Positions 19,479 to 34,400 of a DNA stretch of 64,000 nt are shown here, piece after piece. The notes under the pieces were generated by a model. It was given only the letters and a program-made list of their open reading frames with translations, searched no databases and was not told the DNA's origin. The DNA lies in the NCBI GenBank assembly GCA_963794945.1, contig CAWCFT010000001.1, positions 192,001 through 256,000 of the forward strand. The letters run 5' to 3'. This stretch comes from Endomicrobiales bacterium. Lineage in GTDB: Bacteria > Elusimicrobiota > Endomicrobiia > Endomicrobiales > CAWCFT01. The translations under genes and the position numbers were made by a program. How positions within the stretch are numbered: the first letter of the stretch is position 1; each line of letters starts with the position of its first letter.

Positions 19479-22400
19479 CTACACTGAAAATGCCTTTGCG
19501 CTCGTATTGGCTGCCTCTTTTAAGAGAGTGATGCCCAACCCGCCCTTGTTTAGCGCGGCAAGCTCCATTATCTGCTTTTTGAAGGTCCCAGTCACTTCGT
19601 AAGAAACCGGCATGACACCTTTGTAATACATCCTGTTCTGTATTTCCTGACGCGTCAACGGAGTTACTATTCTCCCAATTTCCTTGACCGCCGCAAACGG
19701 GCTGGTGACACTACGAAGGGCTCTAATCTCGTTTTTGACAATATCATACCGGTCTTTAACCGGCGCCACCCGGGATAGCGGCGCCCTCGCAGCAACTATC
19801 TGCACCTGAGGCTTAACAACTTCCCAGTTCTTTTTTATGCGGTCGATCATATTTATATCCGCCAGGCTTGTTATCTGGCCGACAATATTTTCCCCAAAGC
19901 CCGACCTGTCAACCAATTCGTGAGCCTGTTGCAGGCTCATATTCTTTTGTGAGACAAAATATTCTTCGAGAAATTCATGCAGGGCAACCACAAGAGCCAG
20001 TGTCTCTCTCTCAATTCCTGGATAAGCGCCGAAAAATTTCTCGTGTATCAAGACATGCAGAACACCGGCTTGATCCCTGTTATATGTAACTAACCTGCCT
20101 AGATCGTAAAACTCGCCGGCCTTTCCACTGCCGTTAAATATTTTATTCTGCGGCAGCCCGCGAACGATATCGATCTGGACTTTATCCAGATAGCCGTTGA
20201 GCCATTTCTGCCCTGTAATATACTTTTTCAGGCTTTCGTCGTTTTGTACCGACATACCGGCCCCGTTGAATATTTCCAGGGCGGTTTCATGCGCCATTGT
20301 GAACCCTTTAGCTGGCACGTCCTCTGCGCGTTTCACGACTTCCTTATCGCCTTCAACCGCCTCGGGCACTGAGCTGATTTTAGCTTTTATCTTTGACTCT
20401 AATCCCAGAGCCATAATCCACGGTGTCCAGTCGAAAAAACCATAAAATGAAGCTGTATGTATATCATCAGCGTCCTTAGCGGGCGTTTCATGTACGCTAC
20501 CGCGCGTGATATATGTTTCTTGAGGGTGCGCCATATAAACCCAGAAATCAAAAGGCATGGAGTTCCCGTTGTCATAACGTTTATTATAATTATCGAACAG
20601 TTTGAGCATAGGGTCGCGGTTTAATTTATTTGGGAACACGTTGCGGGAAATGAGAGACTTGTACATTTTGTTGAAGCCCTCGTGTTTGAGCAGGATGAGC
20701 GGGTTAAATACGTCCTTGGTCATACTGAAACCCCTAGGCTCTTCGCTCAATAGATCCGTAAATTCGTCTTCGTTCTCTTCTTTATCAAAACTGAAAAGCG
20801 TTATGCCGCTCAGAACAGGCATCTGCCGTTTCTTGGAGTTGGTTCTATCATATACTCCTGTCAACATATGGCGTTCCAGCTTATCATTTATCTCTTCAAG
20901 CTTGAAATCATGGTAAAGCTTTTTTATACGTCCGTCGAAGGATTCAAGCACAAGTTTTAGCTTCTGGTCTTCTACCTGGTTAAAATTTGCCCAAGACCCC
21001 ACCAGTGTTATCTCCCCGCTGCGCTTTACCGGGCCCGTGTATTGAAGTTCAACGTCAATAAATATCTTGCCGCCGCGCTTTTCTTCCGCAAGCATACGGG
21101 AGGCTTTATAGCCGTTCATAAGCTGATATTCTATGTTCTTAATATCATTGCCGCTAGGCAACTTTATTTTCTTCGTGCCTGGTATAGATACGGCGCTGGT
21201 AATACTGTGCCACTCGTTTGCGCCCGTGACAAGTATAATAGCGCGGCCGTTCTTCTTAACAGCGGGATAATTCTCAGCCAGGTAACGGTACGCTTCAGCA
21301 TACGCCGCGCCGTCATTTCCTTCATACGGTATTACCTTAAACGGCACATCATTCCTGATAAACCTGTCGCTGCCAGCTGAAAACAGTTGCTCATATTTAT
21401 TGACGTTCTCACTAACTGCCATTATAAGAACAATATCAGCGCTGGGTTTTTCCGATGCCATCTCCTGTTCCCAGGACTTTATAGTGTCTTCATACTCAAT
21501 CCTACGGAACCGTTGCGTGTAGTCTCCCGTAACAAACCCCTCGGTCGCATTATCGATCCCTTTTAATTTGAGCTCATAATGTGTATCGAGGCCTTTAAGG
21601 ATGCAATACCACGAGATACCGAGCGACATAAAACCGAACACGATCAGCGAGATAATAAAGCTGGTAGGAATGCCCGTGTGAAGCAAAGCAATATCCAAAA
21701 TCGAGTACAGGAACACCAGCAGGCCCAATATTCTCGGCAGCGCCCTTCTCAAAGGCCAGCGTTTTCCTATACCTATGGCATTAGATTTATCTGCATGTTC
21801 AATCGAGTCGGCATACTTGTCCGCTTCCTGGATTGTCTGTTCAGGAATATCATATAGTCCGGGGTCTATTGCGTTGCCTATTCCGACAATTTTTCGCACA
21901 CGGTCCTTTGCCCCGAAAGAAGACGATGCCAACCCAAACGAGAAACCGAACCAGAACCTCATAAAACTCATTAAACCGGATGTTTCCAGAAATTTTCCAT
22001 GAGGCATGAAATAGCCTGACATCACGCCAATATTATCAAGCGATGATACCGCACCCATATAATTAACCGCATATTTTGATATTGAATTAAATTCTGCTAT
22101 TATAAGGCCGATCTTCTCCTTTTTTTTCACGTCATTTTCGGGAATTATTTTATACGTTTTTTTTAAAGAATCGATCGTTTCCATTGAACGCTTTTCTAGC
22201 TTGTCGTAAATCCAGTAAAGATTAGCAAGGTTACTCTTAGCTTTCTCCATTTTGAAAGGCGTTAGATTCATGATCAGTTTTACTTTATTTCTGGCCATGA
22301 CAGCGTCATCTTCAGTAAAATTATCCTTTTTTGCCTGCGTGAGACAGTCCAATTCATCGAGATATTTTTCAGCATTTTCGTACGGGGTCATAAGCTCATC

Positions 22401-25400
22401 GTGGCTTGGAGATCCGCCATCAACATTTTCAGGCCTCTTAGGATTCGCCTTATCAACATTATCGACAGGCGTATTGTGCAGGGCTCTGCCGTTTGTAATG
22501 TATGTCTCATGAAGATGAGGCATGTACAGCCAAAACTCGAACGGCACTGAGTTGTCTTTAGCATACAGATTATCATAGGTATCGAGAAGCTTCAGCATTG
22601 GATCGCGCTGTTCTTTATTAGCAAAAATATTCCTTGAGATCAGTGACTTGTACATTTCCTTGGAACCTTCGCGTTTAAGGAGTATCAACGGGTTTACTAT
22701 GTCATTTGTGAGACTGAAATCTTTCGGTTCGTATCTAAGCAGTTCAATAAATTCCTGTTCTTTTTTATGTGTGTCGAAACTGAAAAGCGTTATACCGCTT
22801 AAAACAGGCATCTGCCGTTTTTTTATGTTCGACTTATCGTAAACCCCGGTCAGCATATGGCGTTCTAACTTATCGTTTATATCTTCAAGCTTGAAATCCT
22901 GGTAGAGTTTGCGTACATGTCCATCATTCATACCTAGCACGAGCTTTAAGTTCTGGTCTTCTACCTGCTTATAATCCGCCCAGGACCCGACCATCGTAAT
23001 TTCGTCGCGGCGCCTTATAGGGCCTACATAGTGAAGCGCCGCGTCAACGAATATTTTTCCTCCGCGCCCTTCATCTGCAAGCGCCTTTGCCGCCCTGTAT
23101 CCGTTCATCAGCTGAAACTCTATATTATTGATATCTTCCTTATCGGGCAGTGTTAGATCGTCTATTCCCGGCAATGATACAGTGTTAGTAACACTGTCCC
23201 AGTCATCTTTCCCTGTAATCAGGATTATTGAACGGCCAAATTCATTTGAACCTGGATATGCATCGGAAAGATAGCTGAAAGCCTCACAGTATGCCGCGCC
23301 ATCATTGCCGTTGTACGGGACAACCTTGAACTTGGTATCTTTTCTCACGAATTTGTGACTTTTTTCTTTAAATAGCTCCTCATATTTTCCAACCATACTC
23401 TGTTCTGCCATGACAAGAACTATATCCGCGTTTGGTTTTTCAGAATCCATTTCCTTTTTCCATGTTCTTATGGCGGTCTTGTATTCCATGTCCCTGAATT
23501 TGTCTTCGTGATTATCCGTCATGTAACGTTTCAGGTTCTTATCGATGTTTATTTTTTGATGCTCAGAATATTCATCCACCAGGCCTCTCCAGACCAGGAA
23601 CAATGAAGCACCCGCCGATATACCTATGCCGCAGATGAGGCCCCTGACAAGGTCTAACGTTATCTCTGAGCTTATGAACGCGAAAGAGAAAACAGAAAAA
23701 AGCAGAGTCAATACTCCGATTATCCTGGGCACCGCCCTTCTAAATTTCCAGTACTGCTTGATACCGAAAGATGGGACTTTTTCCTGTTGCACGATCGAAT
23801 CCGCATAATTATCGGTGTCCCGTATAGTATTCTCCTGGTCATCGTAGAGTTCGGGGTCTATTGCATTACCCAGCTTTACAAGTTTTCGCACACTGCTTTT
23901 CATTCGCCCAGATGACACTCTTATGCCTAACCAGAAACCATAAACAATCCTTACAACCGTCATAACAGATATTTTTAATAAGGGCAGCCTTTTTTCAAAT
24001 ATATTATCCTTGTTCATCACGTAATTCGACATCAAGTTCAAATTATCCTGTGATGAGGCTATGTCAGCGTAATTAGAGGCATACTGCGCTATATCGCCGA
24101 ACTCCGAAAGAACAAGATTTAATTCTTCTTTCTTTTCCTCATCGTTGTCAGGTATCTTGCTCTCAGTGAGCTTAAGGATACGCATCGTTTCCAACGACAG
24201 TTTGTACATGTTTCCGTAATTCTTATGCAGCCCTAAAAGGTTCTTATTGGCTTTTTTTACCTCAAACGGCGTAAGATTTATTATCTTCATCGCTTTATTC
24301 AACAAATCGTCAATATCCTGTCCGGAGAAACCGGTGGTTCTGCGTATATTAAGCATGGCTTCCCATTCATCAAGAAGTTTTTCAGATTTCTCTATAGGCG
24401 TAAGTATATCTCCGTTCAGCCCTTCGTTTACAAGACTATTTCCGTTACCATTCGATGCTCCATTGCCGCTTTCGTTGGTTACTTGCGCTTTGTCATCGTT
24501 AGCTTTTTCAGAACCCTGGTAATCAATAGTGCCGCTTGCTTGTTGCTGTGTTGTTGCATTAGATTTGTACAAAGCATCGTTTTTCTTTTTGCGGTACAGC
24601 TTTATGAATACAGACGGCAAAACGAAAGCTGCTGACAGGACAGAAAGTATCAAGGCCCACGAAAGAGCAGGTGTTGTGTAATACTTCGGCAGTACATCTT
24701 TGCCTTCCCTAAGGGACCGGTATATCATCATTAATTCAGGAGGGCCTTTTTTATAAGTAAAAGAACCTGTATTCTTATCTATGATTATATCCTTTGCATG
24801 ATATATCATCGCCAATATGGCATCATACGCCCTGAGAAAAATCCTGTCTTTATGCGGGAGCGGATAATATTCCTGGACCTCATCCCTTTTTAGCTCATTT
24901 TGCCCCTGGAAAATAGGCGCCCGGTTAATATCAACAAGATCATTTTTCCACGGCCCTGTAAGTTTAAAATAGACCGGATAATCAACCCCGTGGTTTACAG
25001 CTCCAAGCTTTCCTGTTGTACCGCGTGTATACCCGTGTTCTACGGTTTGGCCGTTATTTAATTCATACTTGATATTGATCTTTCTTTCTGTTGTAACAGC
25101 ATTTATATCCTCCGACGCGACCAAACGCAGCCCGGCAATGTCGTTGAGGTACAATGACATCCCTAGATATTTCTCCGGAATGATATTGCCGCTTCTATCA
25201 CTGGATGTTTCATACACCATACCGACAAACAGGTTCTCGGCCGGTATTACAATATCGGGTACAGCATTGTCTTTACTGTTCGTTTTGACTAGCCTAGCTA
25301 TCTCATCGCGGACCCTTTCTACTTCTTTTATTATACCTTGCTCACCCTGGCTAATATGTTTACTGTTCTTTAACTCATTGTAATTGAACATCCTTTCAGT

Positions 25401-28400
25401 TTTTGTTCTCAGTGTAACAGGCGCGCCTGTGGGATTAATATAGTCCGCGGTGTTCTCAAGGGGAAGGCCTGTCTTTTTTTCGTCGTACGCAAATGAGGTT
25501 TTCAGCAGGCCGTATGCCGGTTGCATCCATTTTTGATATCTCAACTCCTGGGACACCGGTTTCCATGCTCCAAGGATATTCTTCAGCTGCTGTTTGCTGT
25601 CAAAATAAGGCATTCTGATGCCGTTATCGGTACGATAAACTGTTTCAGTCCTGTAGACATAATTAGGCTGGGGATAATCAATATCAACTTTATATGTAAC
25701 TGTCTCCTTGTTACTAGGCACCCTGGTCCCGTCATACTTATAACGGTATTCTCTAATTGTCGCCGTATTAGCCCCTTCCGCGGGCGGGCCGTTCATAAAC
25801 AACAGTGTGTAATCCTCTGCACGTATTTCAGCAGTTAGATCATGCTCGCCGTAATAGTGCGACACCTGGTGCAATTTATTGTCACTGCTGTTGAAACCGG
25901 ATTCCGTGAGACTAACTCTCACTTTTGATTTGTTCCCTGAAAAATTTCCCTTTGAAAGATCGCCTGCTGAGAACACCTCGTCTTTGACTATGGGCCCGTC
26001 ACGCCAGAGAAAGTCCTTATTTTCGAAATGTTTGCTGTTCGAATTGGGATATATAAGCTCCAGGCCCCAGGATCTATTTTTTTCATCGAACCTAACGGTT
26101 CCGGTTGTCTTCACGGTATTTCGCGATGGACTTGACCACGTTGTCATAGTTTCCACCGGCCCGCCGCGGTATTTCAGCGCCTGTTCGGACACATCTCCGT
26201 TCGCGTATGTATAGGTATTCTTATTGCCGTTATTCTGCATTGAATAAATATTGACACCACTAATGTCCGAGGCTTTGATCTCTGCTGGAATATCACCCGG
26301 ATAAGCCATAGTGTGGATCTCGGATACTCCGTTATAGTAATCCAGCTTATATTCGGTCCCGGAAGCATTGAGCCTTGTTTTGTTCACTATTACAAAATCG
26401 TCCGGCCCGGTTTCTCTTGATTCATTCAACACACCGCCGTAAAATTCATATTGCTCGGCTCTGTTGTTTTTTGTTTTAGGATACTCAGATACCATTATAG
26501 CGGTCCCATCATCATTTATATAAAGATGCTCTTTACATTTAATATCGCGCGTACTGTTTAGATCGTTGGCTGAAGGCGTGAATGTTGTTTTCTCGTTTAT
26601 CGGCCCGCCTATGTAAAGCGCGTGCTGGTCCATAAGCTCTTTTGTGTCGTAATTAAACCCGTTGAACGTTATACCATCGTTAGAGTTCAGAACAGTGACC
26701 GGCTCTTTTGTTGTTTTGTTTCTGGTCTCGATCCATTGCGTGTAGCCGTCCCTGTGAGCGCCCCTGCTCTCTTCTGTTTCAGTGCCAAGTTTGTCGTTAA
26801 CCGTTAATACTGAGAAATACACTTCCCCGCTCTTGTTATTTTTAAAACCATAATCTGTTCTTGAGGTTCTTTTATCATTAAAATATTTTTCTTTCGATAC
26901 CACGGAACCGCAGAATCCGTTCAGGTATTCAACAGCGGTTTCCCCGTCTGCCTCCTCTACACGGTTGCAAATGGTGCCGTCAGCAGACCGTGCGTTTAAA
27001 GCTTTTTTCTCAACGAATGTTCCGTTATTGCTGGTTGTTACAGATTCATGCGGGGTCATATCAGTATTAAGAGTAATGTTTTCTTTTTGGCCCAACAGTT
27101 TATACTCGACGGTTTTGTAATAATCCCCAGCGGAATTAATCAACGGCTTATTATTCTCCGCTAAACCGGTAGTTACTGACAAAGTTCTTCCGTCAGCTAG
27201 CGTTTTTGTGAAATTTCCAGCATTAAACAGGGGATTGATAAATCCATTCTCTATCCATTCAACAAACCTGTTTTCCCTGCCTTCGGCATCTTCCCTGTAT
27301 TTAACCGTGCTGACAGTATTTCTCATGCTTGTATAATCTATGTCGGATATTTCCGTCATATATAGCGGGTATTTATAAGCCTTATCGTAGGCTGAGTATG
27401 CTCTTGATAAATCAGCTCCCGTAACTATATCTCTTTCACCTCTTGTGTTTATTTGTTCAGTAATATCTCTGCGCAGATACGACTGTTTTAATGACAGGCC
27501 TTCCACGGCCCCATAAGAGGTCACAATGATAGGCCTGTTTTTTTGGTCGTATATTGTAAGTTCGTTTTCCTTAGTCCGCTGGTTTATCCAACCGCCTTCA
27601 TTCGGACGTTTGTCGTCATACTCCCTTACAAACGAGCGAAGATAAGTATTATCCCCGGGCGCGTATGTTTCCGAATATATCCTGTTGCTCTTGAAATCGT
27701 ACTTATTCGCCTGTTCATTCCCCGTGATGATATTCATGGTTTTAATGTCTTTATTACCATTCATATTATCTTTTGTTTCTGTACGGGTATTACTGTAACG
27801 CGCCTGCTCTGTTATAATTGTGGCGATCAATGCGCCCGCCGGCCCGGTGATTTTGCCTTCAAATTTAATATTATCCGGATTAGGGCTTACATCGTTCCAT
27901 TCCTCATGAAGGCCAGTTACTTTATTGTCTTTTGTCGAAATGATGCGGTCGTAATATCTCGAATCGTAGATATAGGTGTTCTCAAAAACAGGGTTTTGCC
28001 CCCGGTTCCCGGTCTTTTCGTCCCAGAGATACATTTTGCTTTCCATATTGTCCCGGCCTTCAAAGACCTCTATAAGCGGCGCTCCATAATCAGTTGAATA
28101 GAATATTTTGCTTACCGGCATTTCGTCTTCGAGGCGCCACAGGTACGTTTCTGTTCTGTCGATCAAGCCAGCTTTATAGTAATATTTCGTATATGTGTCA
28201 TCCTCATTTTCTCTCTTTACGAATGTTTCTTCAAAATTTTTGTCTTTGTCGGTATGTTGATATACTTCTCCGTAACGTATCTCCCTGTGCCCCGGCAGGA
28301 ATTTCGTGCCTTTAACATCGATCCATCTCATCGAATCTCCGGGGCGTTCGATCCTGTATGTTTTTTCTCCTACTATCCTGCCTATGGATCCCGGCTTTAA

Positions 28401-31400
28401 GCCGTCAATTGAAGATTTTGAAATAGCCGCATCCGTAAACTCATACAGGAGCGCGTGGGCTGTGCCGTCCTTTTGCGAATAATCATATATTTCTATATTC
28501 GGAATTATGTTGTCATTAATGACCCTAAACAGCCTCGAACCGTTCACCGATGTAGCTATAAGTTCCAGTATTTTGCCTTCGCTGTCACGCTTAGTTTCTA
28601 CAGCGTAAACATCTTTCCCGATACTTGACCCGAATTGTTTCACAGAATTGTCGGCTAATTCGTTCTGGCGGATCTTCTCCCAGTCAATAATACCGTCTTC
28701 ACGGTATTTAATCGTAGCGGTGGTTTTCTTCATCGAATTATAATCCATGGCGGATATTTCAGTTTTATAAAGCGGCTTACTTTTGGATTCATCGGAGATC
28801 GAATACGTTACAAACACATCCGCGCCGGTAAGAACATTTGTTTCTCCGTATGTCCTGGTCCCTTCTGTAACATTTTCCCGCGTATACGCTTGTTTCATAG
28901 TCTGGCCGTTAACCGCTCCGAGTGAAGTTTTTAAAATGTTATTCTTCTTGTCGTAGGTTAACTGTTCCGATTCTATTGTACGGAGATTTATAAGCCCTGT
29001 TTCGCTGGGACGCTTATCGGCATACTCCCTGACCAACGTGCGAATATAGGTATTATCCCCGAACCCGCCTGTCTCTGTATATATCCTGTTGCCCCTGAAA
29101 TCGTACCGTTTTAAGATATCTTTTCCTGTCTCTAAATTTACGGTCTTTATATCCTTTGTCGCGGCAAGAAGGTCTTCGTTGGTATCAGTGCGCTCTTCGC
29201 TGTAACGCGCCTGGGTTGAAGTTTTTACAGCTACTGCCTTACCGTCAGCCGACGTTATCTTTCCTCTATATTTAAAGACTGACCCGTCAGGGCTAACGTC
29301 ATTCCAATCCTCATGAAGGCCGGTGGCGTTATTGTCCCTTGTTTTCAGTATACGGTTATATAACCCCGAATCGTAAGTGTAAGTGTTCACATAAACAGGA
29401 TCCTCTCCGCGCCTTCCCGCGGCTTCGTTCCAAAGATATACTTTGCTCTGCATGCCGTTTTGGCCTTCAAATATTTCCACAAGAGGAACACCGAACTCAG
29501 AATAGTGGAATATAGTGCTGAGCGGCATATCCGCTTCAAGCTGCCACAGGTATGTCTCTTCTCTATCCGCTATGCCGTCTTTTATAAAAGATTTCGTATA
29601 AGACCCGTCATTGTTCTCTTTCCTCGTGAACGTCTCTTCAAATTTTTTATCTCCCTCAGTCTGCAAATATGCGTCTCCATACCGTATCTCCCTGTGGCCT
29701 GGCAGGAACTTTGTGCCTTCAACATCTACCCACCTCATCCAGTTGCCGCGTCGTTCAATAGTGTATGTTTTATCGCCCACTATCCTTCCTATCAGGTCAG
29801 GTTTCATTGATCCTGACTTGCCAATTATCCATGACCCCAACGCCGCGTCATCGCACTTGAACTCATAAACAATGGAATGCGCCGTATTTTCTCCGCTGCC
29901 GTGCGGGAAATCAAATATTTCCAAAGTCGGCATTACGTTATCATTTGATATTTTAAATACTTTTGAGCCTTCATGCGATATGCCTGTAAGCTCCAGTATT
30001 CTGCCTTGTTTGTCTCTCAATGTTTCTACTTCATACACATCTTTGCCCAGGCTTGCACCAAACTTTTTTACCGCGCCGCAAACTTCATCGCTAACGCGGT
30101 AGGTATAATCGGATACGCATTTTCCAAGCCTCAACTCGTCCCAAGCGGACCGCATTATATTGTCCCATACAGTTTTACTGTCAGATCCGGGTGAGCGCCC
30201 CAGGGCCTCTTTGTACCGCGCCACAAGCTGCCGGGCATAATAGGTTACTTTCCAATCCGAATAATTATACTTGAACTCTTCCCTGAAATTATCCCTTAAC
30301 ACCTCGGTTGCAGCCCCGTTCTCGAACCGTTTCTGTTCCAGGAATTGTATAAACATACTTTCAAAAGCTTCCGTGCCTTCCTGCGGCGGCCTGAGCTCGG
30401 CTTGAAGCTCGGGGCTGCTTTCCAATATCCGTTTCACTTCTATTTTTGCGTCCAACAGCTGGGCTATGTCTTTATCCGTGTAACCGGCCGCAATGAGAGC
30501 CGAATAAGAATTTATTTCTTTTGTATCCATATCGCCCGTTCCTAGGAGCCGGCCCCTGTACCTTTCTATTTTTGCTTTTAGCGTTTCTGCTTCAGTTTTC
30601 GCTACTGAGAACTGGTCCAGGCTTTGATACTCCGCCAGATAGCCTGGTTTGTTCTGCAGAGACCTCTTAAGGACCGAAATTATCTCGTCTCTGCGGGTTT
30701 TATCCGATATTTCTTTTGATGCGTTTATTACATCTTTTACGTATTCCCTTTCAGTTTTGTTCACGATCTCTTTTTTTGTTTTCATTTCCGCCTGCGCTTG
30801 GACGGCATTGAAATAGCCGGAGTTATCATTTATTGTTTTCGCGAGCGTGTAGAGGTTTTTTTCTATGTTCTGCATATAAGGGCTTGCGCTGCCGAACTTG
30901 AAGTCCGGCGGTATGCAAAGTAGCTGTTGCATGAGGTTATCCTGGCTGAGCAGCTGGGCTTTGCGCGCCACGTCCGGCGTGACGTCAGCTTGCATGCTCA
31001 AGTCCATAGGATTCATCACCCTGCCCGTCTCTATTGCTGTGCCGTTTCCCGTGTTCTTTTCCTTGATGATATGGAATAATACACCAAGAGATACTCCCCA
31101 GGTATGCGAATTGCCGATACTGACGCCGTTCGGGTCAGCCTTCATCTGCAAAGAGTAATCTCCCAGATTCTTGCCGGGATGGTTATATTCAGCGCCCGAA
31201 CTCACGGTGCCCTGTTTGCCATCTTTGACCCCGCCACCTAAAGAAAGCGCGATATTCTTGCTGGGATTAACAAAAACCTCGCCATTAGCGGTATATTTGT
31301 TGGCTCCTGAAAAACTATTTATATTCTGAGTGTATTTTAGGCCTATATTATTTACCATGGCGCCTGCCCAAACTTGTCCCTGGCCGGCTGCTTTCACGCT

Positions 31401-34400
31401 CATATCAGTCCCGAAATTAACCGCTTTAAGCGCTTCTGAGGCAGCAGGCATATAAAGCGCATAATCGAGTTTGAGCCGCTGGTCCGCGTCAAAGTACGAG
31501 AATATCAGATCGCCTTTGTTCGGCCCGATACCTATAAGTTTACTGTCCTTCATATTGACATAGTATTCGCGCGCAGTGTTCAAACTAACCGTATTTAGAG
31601 TACTCGCGTTAGTCGGGTTCAAGAAATTGTAATCTGGCGGAACGTTCGCGTCACCGGGATTTAACCTGGACGCAACGAGGTTCTTAGCGCCTACGGTTAT
31701 GTCACCCCAGCCTTCCCGGAATTGCATAAAGTACTTGATATTGTCATTAGCTATCTCGGTTTTTCCTGGGGTAGTCTTCATGGCTAAACTCGTTGTAAAA
31801 TCATACAATCTTGCGACAAGCCCGTAATTGCCTGTAAATGAGTCTTTAGCCTGATTTCCAGCGGGCAGGAGCGCCCAGTCAGCCCACGGGGCCATGACCA
31901 AATTGTTGCTCATAGTGATTCTCTGGCTTGAAGAAAGAGTATATTTAGAGTTGGCATTAAACGCGTTATACGCGCCGAAGTTTATATCGGTACCTGTATT
32001 AGTGTCGCTAAACTTAAGCGTTGTTTTCGGCATGAATTTCAGCGTGGTAACATCCATTGGTGTGCCGTTCGCAGAATACTGTTCATTTTTGTATGAATAT
32101 ATGTCGGTATTATAAGTTAACCTGTCTCCTAAAAAGCTGCCCCTGGCGCTTATTTTTGACGTGGTAAATCCGCTTCCGGGCTGATTCTGCTGGTCAAAAG
32201 TAGAAGACTGAATAAAATGCCTGTTACCTAGAGCATCGGACTGCCCAGTCATATTCGTAGTTATCTGTTGCTCTAATAAATTATTATTGTTATTCCAATG
32301 AAATGTGCTGTTCTTATCCATTACATCGGAAGCCGCATAACCTGCCAGACTTGGTGTTACCTGGTTTGTTCCATTAAAACTGCCGTCTAAATTCGGCAGG
32401 GTTCCGGAATCGGAAGATAAATGATCATGCAGCGGGTTAAGCTGGAGTGCAGGGTACAAAACATTCAGCATATTTACACTTAGATTAGCGCTGCCATTGA
32501 CAACTTTAAGCATTTCTGACGCGCCGGGCATGTATAGCTTAAGGTCTGATTTGCCGGAAGGCGGGCCGGTATTCTGATATGTGAAAATAAAGTTCCCATT
32601 GGAAATTCCGGCGCTTTTCAGCTTGATATTATTTTCCGGTTCATTCTCTCCTTTCTCGCGCTTGGCCACGTTCGCCATAAGCACGTCCCTGGCATCGGTT
32701 TTTTGTTTGATCATAAGATTTATTTCTTCTATTTTTTTGTTCATCTCTTTGCGCACTTTTTCCGTACCGTGAGGATGGAGTACGTCTTTCATTTTACCGC
32801 TAAGCGACATAAAATCCATAAATCCCGCATAAAACAAGCTTGCCGGGTTTACTCCCGCAGGCACCACTATCTTTGTGCCTTCGCTTATCTTGCCGGATTT
32901 TTCCGCGGGCAAGAGTATTTGATCTCTTATCTCGGTTAAATACGTAATTTCACTTTCAAGGTTCTTAATATTTGACGATTCTTTTGAAGCGTTCGATTCC
33001 TGCGGCTGGTTGTCAACTAACTTTCCCGGCTCTTCACCCTGAAAGAAGGCCAGCTTTAGGCTTACACTGTTCGATTCAGAAGTTCCAGCATCAGTAAGCC
33101 TTTTAAGGTCATTTTTAGCAAGAGCAATATTTAGCTGATAATCCAGGCTGCTCTTATCCGCCAAGTAGGCGTTTTTCAGGTTCCGTATAGAGTGCAATAG
33201 GTCGGCCCTCAAAATATCCGCGGCAAGTTTCTGCTTCTGCTCTTCGATCTTCTGATTAAGCTCCGCGCCATACTTGGTGAGCAGTTTATCGGCATTACCC
33301 TTGATAATGAAGGTTACAGCCTGCATATTCGGCAGCGATACTTCCAACTTCACTTGAAGGCCTGATTTCGCTTTTGTTATCTGGGAAGTTATCAGCTTGT
33401 CCGCGAGTTCGTTCCTCTGGTTGTTAAGCGTATGCTTAAGGCTTTCATCAACAAAAGCAGAAATGCTCGCCTCTTCGTCTTCCGGTTTTGCCGCTGATGT
33501 AATGTTTATATCTATATTTTTGACCACATTGTCGGTTATTCCTTTTTCACGTATGTATCCCTGTATGATCTCTCTTTGCTTAAGCGCCTGCTTGTAAAGC
33601 GCCTGCATGTCCGCATTATCCTGCATGGCTTTCACGTCAAGTTTTTCTATTTCGGAGATTATCGTATTGATGTCATTAAAATGATGGATTAGGTCAAGTG
33701 AATTCTCTTTCAAGTTCAGTTCCATCAAGTCTTTGGTAAGCAGCGCGATATTCCTGTTCTCCCTTCTTTCCGGATTATACAGGTCGGCTTCAACGGCAAG
33801 CCCCAGCGAAGGTTTTAAACCCTGGTGGCTGTACAAGAAATTCGGCCCGAAGGACAATGAAGAGATTGGCAGGCGCGACACAAGCCCGCCGGATTTCTTT
33901 ATAACTGGTTCCATGTTCCCATCGTATTTGACACCGTTCTTATCGAATATTTTCTTCATCGCAAAACCGATTTCTTCGTGTTTGATTGCGTCATTTAGAG
34001 AATAAAACGCTTCTTTTAGTTCAGCCATAACTTTTTGCGAGGTTTTTTCATCAGTATTCGCCATATTCAATAACATCATGGTCCTTGAGAGCTCGTATTC
34101 CTTAAAGTTCAACATCTCCAGGCTTCCGCGAATGCCGTCCATGCGCGTTTCCAATTCATTATTGAACCATTTTCCGATGTCTTCCGGGCCTTCATATTCT
34201 TCTGCCGGAATAGAGTTTTTTGATCCGCTTCTGTATATTTTATTGTTATCTTGAACCTTCCCTGAAGGCATAAACTCCTTATGGCTGCCGTCTATCTGCC
34301 TGTTATCTTCCGGTACAAGCATCTGCTTCTGAGGCTGGTTATTGTTCTGTTCTTGAACCTGAATTTCTTTCTGTTCTTGAATTCTGGTATTTTTCTGGTT

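Noticed and set aside
19479..19620. Programmed -1 frameshift joining the giant ORF and the glucan-enzyme ORF
   Set aside because: No canonical slippery heptamer (only C-AAA-AAG) and no obvious stimulatory structure; a single missing base explains it.
24950..30075. Rhs toxin/immunity system
   Set aside because: No DPxG core-end motif, no toxin tip and no immunity gene; the repeats run into a TM helix.
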